From Bradymonadales bacterium (GTDB taxonomy: Bacteria; Bdellovibrionota; UBA2394): a stretch of 20,000 bases of DNA. Under the pieces are notes generated by a model. That model was not told the DNA's origin. It saw nothing but the letters and a program-made list of their open reading frames with translations, and did no database searches. Location: the NCBI GenBank assembly GCA_007693605.1, contig REDG01000046.1, positions 51,060 to 71,059 on the forward strand, in the 5' to 3' direction. This document shows, piece after piece, positions 16,870-20,000 of this stretch. Each line of letters begins with the position of its first letter. Positions within the stretch are counted from its first letter, which is position 1. The position numbers and the translations under genes are program-made.

Positions 16870-17613
16870 ATGCATATCGAGCTCTTGCTGCTCGGTCTTG
16901 TGAGCGGGGGCATTGTAGGGGGAGCTGGGCTCAGCGGCTTTTACCACCGAAAGCTCCATAAGCATGCCAGAAAGCATGCCTATCAGCTCAACACGATTGA
17001 ACAGCTCTATAAAGAACTGCAGGTCTCTTCTCGACAGGTAGATCGAAACTACCTCGAGACGATTGAGAGTCTCGTCATGGCGCTTGAGGCCCGAGATATG
17101 TACACCAAAGGGCATTCTGAACGAGTCAATAAAATGAGCATGGCGATCGCCCATCAACTGGGCCTCAGTAACGAAGAGAAGGAAATTCTCCATCACGGCA
17201 GCTTGCTTCATGATATTGGAAAGATCGGAATTTATGACCGCGTTCTTCTGAAGCCCCAGGCTCTCAACGAAGAAGAGTTTCAAATCATGAAATCTCACCC
17301 CGAGTACGGCGTAGAGATTTTAAAGGGAAGCTCTTTCTTCCAAAAGCATATCCCCATTATCTTGCATCATCATGAACGAATGGATGGTAAGGGCTACCCC
17401 CTGGGCTTGAAGGGAGATGAAATTCCATTGGGAGCAAGAATCTGTCAAGTGGCTGATGCCTGGGATGCCATGGCCAGCGATCGGCCTTACCGCAGGCGGC
17501 TAGACGAAGAAGAGGCAAAAAAGCGATTAAAGGAAGCGGCTGGAAGCCAGTTGGATCCGATTTGTGTCGAAGCTTTTCTAGATTGGAAAGCGCAGACTCT
17601 CTCGTCAAGCTGA
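16870..17613 (+). CDS. HD-GYP cyclic dinucleotide phosphodiesterase with single N-terminal membrane anchor
   Basis: EARDMYTKGHSERV, LLHDIGK, HPEYG, HHERMDGKGYP, ADAWDAMASDRPYR. Hydrophobic N-terminus. Confidence 0.95.
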   Translation: MHIELLLLGLVSGGIVGGAGLSGFYHRKLHKHARKHAYQLNTIEQLYKELQVSSRQVDRNYLETIESLVMALEARDMYTKGHSERVNKMSMAIAHQLGLSNEEKEILHHGSLLHDIGKIGIYDRVLLKPQALNEEEFQIMKSHPEYGVEILKGSSFFQKHIPIILHHHERMDGKGYPLGLKGDEIPLGARICQVADAWDAMASDRPYRRRLDEEEAKKRLKEAAGSQLDPICVEAFLDWKAQTLSSS

Positions 17614-19845
17614 CTTCTTCACAAACTGAGATAAGACTCTTTTTCTGCCTTTTGTTAGGAATTGAATGGTCAAGCACTCATCGTCTCCAAGAAACTCAAC
17701 CCTCTGAACAACCCCCTCCCCAAAACTAGGATGAAGCACCTTTTCTCCTCTCCGATAGGAGAAATGCCCTGTGAGTTCCTGATCAAACTCATCAAAATCC
17801 GCAGTGGCAGACTCTTGGTCTCGCACCGACTTCCGTTTGAAAAATGCTTTTTCTGATCGAGAGTGATCGACAATACATTCTCGATGAGCCTCCGGAATCT
17901 CGTCCAAAAACCGAGAGGGAAGCCCGTAATTGATCGAGCCAAAGCTGCGTCGTCGTTCTGCTCGGGTTAGATAGAGAAGCTTCATCGCTCTGGTCATTCC
18001 CACATAACACAGTCTGCGCTCTTCTTCTAACTGCACCGGTGAGTCTATGCTTCGACTCGATGGAAAAATCCCTTCTTCCATGGCCGCCATGAAGCAAAGA
18101 GGAAACTCTAGGCCCTTAGCGGCATGAAAGGTCATGAAGGTGACTTGCTCTTGAGTCCTCTCGTCTAACTGATCGACATCTGAAATGAGAGCCACTCTCT
18201 CAAGAAAATCAAAAATCTTTGAGGACAACAAAGAGGCCCCTTCCCTTTGATTTTCGCTGTTAGGACGCCACAGCTCTTCGAACTCTTGCACTGCTGACAA
18301 AAGCTCTTGCAAGTTTGACTCTCGATCTCTTGCCTCTTCAGAACGATCTTGTTGAAGCTGCTCTAAGGTTCCGCTCTTTTCAATCAGGCCCACCAGCAAG
18401 TCGACGAAGCTGCCGTCACTATCAACCAAGTCACGACCCCACTTCAGTAGCTCTGCAAAGGCTTGTGCCCCCTTCTTCGCCTTTCCGGACAATGGAAGCT
18501 CTGCCTCTCTGATGAGAAAGTTCCCCAAAGATTCTTGAGCCTCGGCAGCAGCCTGCTCGATCTTCTCAAGACTCACTCTTCCAATCCCCCGCGGCGGGCT
18601 GCCAATGGCTCGTCGAAAGGAAATCAAGTCCCAGGGATTCATGATGAACTTGAGATAGCTTAAAACATCCTTAATCTCTCTCCGCTCGTAGAAGCGGAAG
18701 CCCCCCACAATCTTATAGGGCAAGCCCTGCCTCAAACATTCCTCTTCGAACATTCGACTGATGCTATTCATTCGATACAGGACGGCAACCTGATCGGCAG
18801 AAACGCCCGCATGAAGCTTGCGTTTGATTTCGGTAATCACGAATCTTGCTTCTTCACGGTCGTCTTCTAAAATTGCCAACTTCAACTTAGACCCGTGATC
18901 GGAGCGAGTCCATAACCGCTTCTGATGCCGCTCTTCGTTCTTTTCTATCACGGCTGCAGCCGCTTCAAGAATATGTCCCGTCGATCGGTAGTTCTCTTCA
19001 AGTTTAACCACCTTGCAAGACGAAAACTCTCGATCAAAGTTCAGAATATTTTCGACCCGAGCGCCACGCCATCCGTAGATGCTCTGATCGTCATCCCCCA
19101 CCACAGAGATGTTTTGGTGTTCCCCCAAAAACTGCTTTAAAAGTCGATATTGAATCCGATTGGTGTCTTGAAACTCGTCGACCAAAATATGCTGCCACTG
19201 CCCCCTCAGCTGCGCTTGGATGTCTTCATTCGAGGAACAGAGCTGAGAACTCAGAAGAAGGAGATCATCAAAATCGACCGCCTGAGCCTTTCGCAGAAGC
19301 TCTTGATACGAGCGATAGACCTGTAAGGTGGTTTCATCAAAAAAATTGAGAGGCTTCACTTGAGCCGTAAACAATCCCTCATTCTTCCAGTGACTAATTC
19401 GCGCATGAACTGCCTTGGGGTGAAAGGCCTTATCCGAAATCCGAAGATTCTCTAAGCTCTCCTTTATAAGGTCGAGCTGATCATTTGAGTCATAGATGAC
19501 AAACTGAGGATCCAGCCCCAGCCGATCGCCAAATCGTCGTAACAATCGCACTCCCACAGAATGAAAAGTTGAAATCCATGGGTAGCGACGATCTGACTCA
19601 TCTCCAAGCAAAACCTTCAGCCTCTGATGCATCTCTCTGGCCGCTTTGTTTGAAAACGTCATCGCCAAGATCCGCTCCAGAGGGATCTGGTAGTCATAGA
19701 CCAGGTGGGCGATACGACAGGTGAGTACCCGGGTTTTGCCAGAGCCGGCTCCCGCCAAAATAAGTAGCGGCCCTTCCACATGAGTCACGGCTTCAAATTG
19801 CTGCGAATTAAGTTGAGACTGAATTTTCTCAAGAAAGGAACTCAT
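17605..19845 (-). CDS. uvrD: UvrD/PcrA superfamily 1 DNA helicase
   Basis: LNSQQ, AGAGSGKT, DEFQD, VGDDDQSIYGWRGA, NYRST, HAAKGLEF, EERRLCYVGMTRA, and a C-terminal Tudor-like HPSFGEG. Confidence 0.97.
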   Translation of the reverse strand: MSSFLEKIQSQLNSQQFEAVTHVEGPLLILAGAGSGKTRVLTCRIAHLVYDYQIPLERILAMTFSNKAAREMHQRLKVLLGDESDRRYPWISTFHSVGVRLLRRFGDRLGLDPQFVIYDSNDQLDLIKESLENLRISDKAFHPKAVHARISHWKNEGLFTAQVKPLNFFDETTLQVYRSYQELLRKAQAVDFDDLLLLSSQLCSSNEDIQAQLRGQWQHILVDEFQDTNRIQYRLLKQFLGEHQNISVVGDDDQSIYGWRGARVENILNFDREFSSCKVVKLEENYRSTGHILEAAAAVIEKNEERHQKRLWTRSDHGSKLKLAILEDDREEARFVITEIKRKLHAGVSADQVAVLYRMNSISRMFEEECLRQGLPYKIVGGFRFYERREIKDVLSYLKFIMNPWDLISFRRAIGSPPRGIGRVSLEKIEQAAAEAQESLGNFLIREAELPLSGKAKKGAQAFAELLKWGRDLVDSDGSFVDLLVGLIEKSGTLEQLQQDRSEEARDRESNLQELLSAVQEFEELWRPNSENQREGASLLSSKIFDFLERVALISDVDQLDERTQEQVTFMTFHAAKGLEFPLCFMAAMEEGIFPSSRSIDSPVQLEEERRLCYVGMTRAMKLLYLTRAERRRSFGSINYGLPSRFLDEIPEAHRECIVDHSRSEKAFFKRKSVRDQESATADFDEFDQELTGHFSYRRGEKVLHPSFGEGVVQRVEFLGDDECLTIQFLTKGRKRVLSQFVKKSA

Positions 19846-19852
19846 GGCCGAA

Positions 19853-19861
19853 AAGCTAGCA
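19853..19861 (-). promoter_or_regulatory. Putative extended -10 promoter (leaderless) for uvrD
   Basis: TGcTAGCTT, 7 nt before ATG 19845. No Shine-Dalgarno. Confidence 0.5.
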
Positions 19862-20000
19862 GCCTGGGGCGAAGGGGACTAGCCTTCATTTTTGAGATTC
19901 TGTCGGTCTCTCTCAATGCCCAAGGCTCCGCCTTTAGCGATTCATGGGGAGTGGCGATAAGGGTCCAGATGCGCGAAGGCAAGGAGCGAGCATCGCAGTG

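Noticed and set aside
16816..17298. 160-aa minus-strand ORF
   Set aside because: Antisense shadow of the HD-GYP gene with no recognisable motifs.
19842..20000. Open minus-strand frame from the window edge ending in an ATGA overlap with uvrD
   Set aside because: Only about 52 codons with no recognisable product, so it cannot be called. If real, it would weaken the leaderless interpretation for uvrD.
1..20000. Other short alternative-frame ORFs, and mobile, defence or CRISPR elements
   Set aside because: The short ORFs lie within well-supported genes. No transposase, integrase, repeat-spacer array or obvious compositional break was seen.

Overview
Gene-dense chromosomal window with no mobile element, CRISPR array, rRNA or tRNA recognised. 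Gene content (Tad secretin/ATPase with FHA-like domains, DUF4388, PilZ, HD-GYP) suggests a Bdellovibrionota/Myxococcota-like bacterium (inference). Left arm, minus strand: a compact, translationally coupled Tad-like operon (secretin, FHA-like+CpaF ATPase, an apparent TadB-TadC fusion, an FHA-like membrane protein, a TPR-PilZ protein). It diverges from a Zn-ribbon/TM/trypsin-like protease gene. The rest is mostly housekeeping: tmk-holB-tatD-galE, class IV aminotransferase-lspA-lgt, an orphan HExxH protein, hpt-ridA-DUF4388-asnS, an HD-GYP phosphodiesterase and uvrD/pcrA. Highlights are the streamlined Tad-like operon with a fused platform protein, and six genes with a TAnnnT -10 box 6-7 nt before the start codon, which suggests widespread leaderless transcripts. 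All calls come from motif recognition by eye; no searches were run.
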